Program-made: the position numbers and the translations under genes
In this document: positions 58,198-59,731 of the stretch, one piece after another
Layout of the letters: every line of letters begins with the position of its first letter
How positions within the stretch are numbered: the stretch's first letter is position 1
IMG/VR virus record: IMGVR_UViG_3300025121_000443
Span: 1-59,731 of that record
DNA from: a virus
Taxonomy: Duplodnaviria; Caudoviricetes
Length of the DNA stretch: 59,731 bases
Strand: one strand, 5' to 3'
The notes under the pieces: generated by a model
Told to the model about the DNA's origin: nothing
Databases searched by the model: none
Seen by the model: only the letters and a program-made list of their open reading frames with translations

Positions 58198-58655
58198 ATG
58201 ACAGAAAACGGTAAGACCATCAACAAGTGCGCTATCTGCGGGAAACCCGTATTTGGTGCAGAAATTGGCAAGACGTGTGCAGCCCATCAGCCCATCAGGG
58301 CAAATTGCGCACTGAAGCCATTGCAGCCGAAAAAGCACCTGAAGGTTGGGTGCGTATGAGCAAAGTTTGTGACGCTGCTGAAAAAGCGGGGCTCAAACGT
58401 GGCGATATTGTGAACGCTGCTGGCGGTGATGCAGCTACCAAACCTGTTCTGGACGAGATCTTTCGCGTAGTGTACGTCGGCAAAGCCAAGTACATGAACC
58501 CCGAAGTTCTGACCAAAGGCATCGCCTTGCTGAAACAAAGCAAAGCACAGCGTGCTGAAGCCAAAGCCAAACCTGCTGAAACCAAAGCACCTGCGAAAGC
58601 AGAAGCCAAAGTGGAAGCTACAGCAAATGCGTTGAAGCAGGCAGTCAAGAAATAG
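58198..58655 (+). pseudogene. Zn-finger plus Lys/Ala-rich protein (paralogue of 48980-49474), frameshifted by an 8-bp tandem duplication
   Basis: RBS AAAGGAGGT then MTENGKTINKCAICGKP...IGKTCAAH; CAGCCCAT twice at 58280-58295; removal gives 149 aa. Confidence 0.8.
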
Positions 58656-58746
58656 CCTGTTAGTTGTCGGGAGGGCGGAAAGGCAGCAGGTGTTGAGCCA
58701 TTACTGACCTTACCGCCCTCAAAACTATTATATGGAGGACACGAAA

Positions 58747-58917
58747 ATGGACCAAAACGAATTTGATATCGCAGCAGAAAAAGCAGCGAAAGAACTTGAA
58801 GAACTTGTCAAGAAATTGGACGAAAAGACCATCCGCGAAATGGCTTCCTGGTGGAAGCGCAATTACATGAAAGCGGGACACAAACGTCTTGGACGGATAA
58901 TCGCAAAATTTGGTTAG
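58747..58917 (+). CDS. Small basic hypothetical protein
   Basis: RBS GGAGG; WW..NY..AGHKRLGR; followed by terminator. Confidence 0.6.
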   Translation: MDQNEFDIAAEKAAKELEELVKKLDEKTIREMASWWKRNYMKAGHKRLGRIIAKFG

Positions 58918-58931
58918 GAGGAGAGCACGGA

Positions 58932-58965
58932 AAGAGCCCTACCGGAAACGGTGGGGTTTCTTTTT
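58932..58965 (+). terminator. Rho-independent terminator
   Basis: GAGCCCTACCG-GAAA-CGGTGGGGTTTC-TTTTT. Confidence 0.8.
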
Positions 58966-58968
58966 GAA

Positions 58969-59145
58969 GTGTGGTATCGCGCGAAGAGAAGTGTGGTATT
59001 TCACAAAGATGCTCTCGGAGATTCCTGGAGAGAATCATAGTGATTCGTGTTTAGGGTAGAATCACAATGATTCGCTTATACATGATTCATGGTGATTCGC
59101 AGGTTTATGTGAAACCTTGCTTTTTGATTCGTTAGAACGTATACT
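58969..59145 (+). promoter_or_regulatory. Regulatory cassette 2
   Basis: GTGTGGTAT at 58969 and 58991; palindromes at 59032, 59059, 59084; TTGCTT-17 bp-TATACT 59117-59145. Confidence 0.75.
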
Positions 59146-59195
59146 GTATTTGCAGGTAATTATGCCTAGCACATTCAAAAATTAGGAGGTTCAAA

Positions 59196-59501
59196 ATGAA
59201 AGTACAACAAGTCGTAGTAAATGTAGGTGTAGTAATTCCATGGGAAGAGTTCGGGTTTGATGATTCTGATAATTCCTGCGAAGTTGTGGTTTTGGCTTCA
59301 GAGCTTGAGGGCAACATTGTTGAGGGTGGGAGTGTTACCATAAAAGATTTAAATAATGCTTATCCTGACTCCAACGGTTGTTCTCCTCGTGCTGACATAT
59401 ACACAGGTGTGCGTTCCGGGTGTGAAGTTGCATTAGAAACATGGCTCAGCGGTAAGTCAGGATATGTGGTAAGTATGTGGGAAGAGGAATTTCCTGACTA
59501 G
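59196..59501 (+). CDS. Acidic hypothetical protein
   Basis: RBS AGGAGGT directly after cassette 2 promoter. Confidence 0.6.
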   Translation: MKVQQVVVNVGVVIPWEEFGFDDSDNSCEVVVLASELEGNIVEGGSVTIKDLNNAYPDSNGCSPRADIYTGVRSGCEVALETWLSGKSGYVVSMWEEEFPD

Positions 59502-59513
59502 ATGATTGAGTAG

Positions 59514-59718
59514 GTGTGGTATCGTGCTCATACGTGGGCGTGGTATCACACCTTCATTCTCGTTCTTTCGTAATGAGTATATGATGTATTCTTCAAATAG
59601 ATTCATGGTGATTCGTAGACAAGGTTGGGTACAGATTCACTATGATTCGGGTTGAGGTTTTATGCCGTTCTCCAGTTTTAGGGAAAACTTGCTTTTTTGA
59701 ATCGTTAGAACGTATGCT
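59514..59718 (+). promoter_or_regulatory. Regulatory cassette 3 (downstream gene outside window)
   Basis: GTGTGGTAT 59514 and GCGTGGTAT 59538; palindromes at 59600 and 59634; TTGCTT-18 bp-TATGCT nearly identical to cassette 2 promoter. Confidence 0.75.
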
Positions 59719-59731
59719 GTAAGTGCAGGCA

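Noticed and set aside
57880-58648. Minus-strand ORFs 57880-58338, 58287-58538, 58295-58648 and the GTG start at 58227
   Set aside because: Shadows of the + strand gene, whose real start is ATG 58198 with a strong RBS.
56890-59650. CRISPR or mini-CRISPR array from the GTGTGGTAT and GATTCA repeats
   Set aside because: Repeats are 9-16 bp with 9-18 bp gaps, occur in twos and threes, and no cas operon is present.
1-59731. Stop-codon reassignment
   Set aside because: Long genes are intact under code 11; TAA, TAG and TGA all end genes at coupled junctions; the only tRNA is not a suppressor.

Overview
About 60 kb of an AT-rich tailed dsDNA phage genome with a siphovirus-type layout. The window starts inside the portal gene, and no terminase, integrase or repressor is visible. 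From left to right: a head module with an unusual SAM methyltransferase and two glycosyltransferases interleaved among portal, scaffold and major capsid genes (1-8 kb); tail genes including a +1 frameshifted chaperone, tape measure, Dit/hub and carbohydrate-binding fibres (8-24 kb); a lysis cassette (24-26.8 kb); replication and recombination genes (SNF2 helicase, Cas4-like nuclease, Sak4, SSB, RuvC-like, PolA, AEP primase-helicase, DnaQ-like exonuclease, ligase); tRNA-Arg(TCT); a leftward block of small early-type genes (47.6-57.8 kb); an origin-like inverted repeat (56.3-56.8 kb); and repeated promoter cassettes at the right end. Embedded in the replication arm is a candidate DNA-hypermodification cluster at 31.7-37.1 kb (flavoprotein, dNTP pyrophosphatase-HAD fusion, Nmad1-like, GT-A, methyltransferases, variant ThyX). 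The strongest candidates for new biology are: (1) that modification cluster together with islands free of GA/TC dinucleotides; (2) a probable virion glycosylation/methylation module in which one glycosyltransferase is fused to a separately initiated C-terminal protein; and (3) a three-motif regulatory grammar (paired GTGTGGTAT, GAWTCA-N3-TGATTCG palindromes, AATTTTCGATATAC leaders). Four genes, including polA, are frameshifted by short tandem duplications that may be assembly artefacts. All protein assignments come from motif recognition and synteny; no database searches were run.
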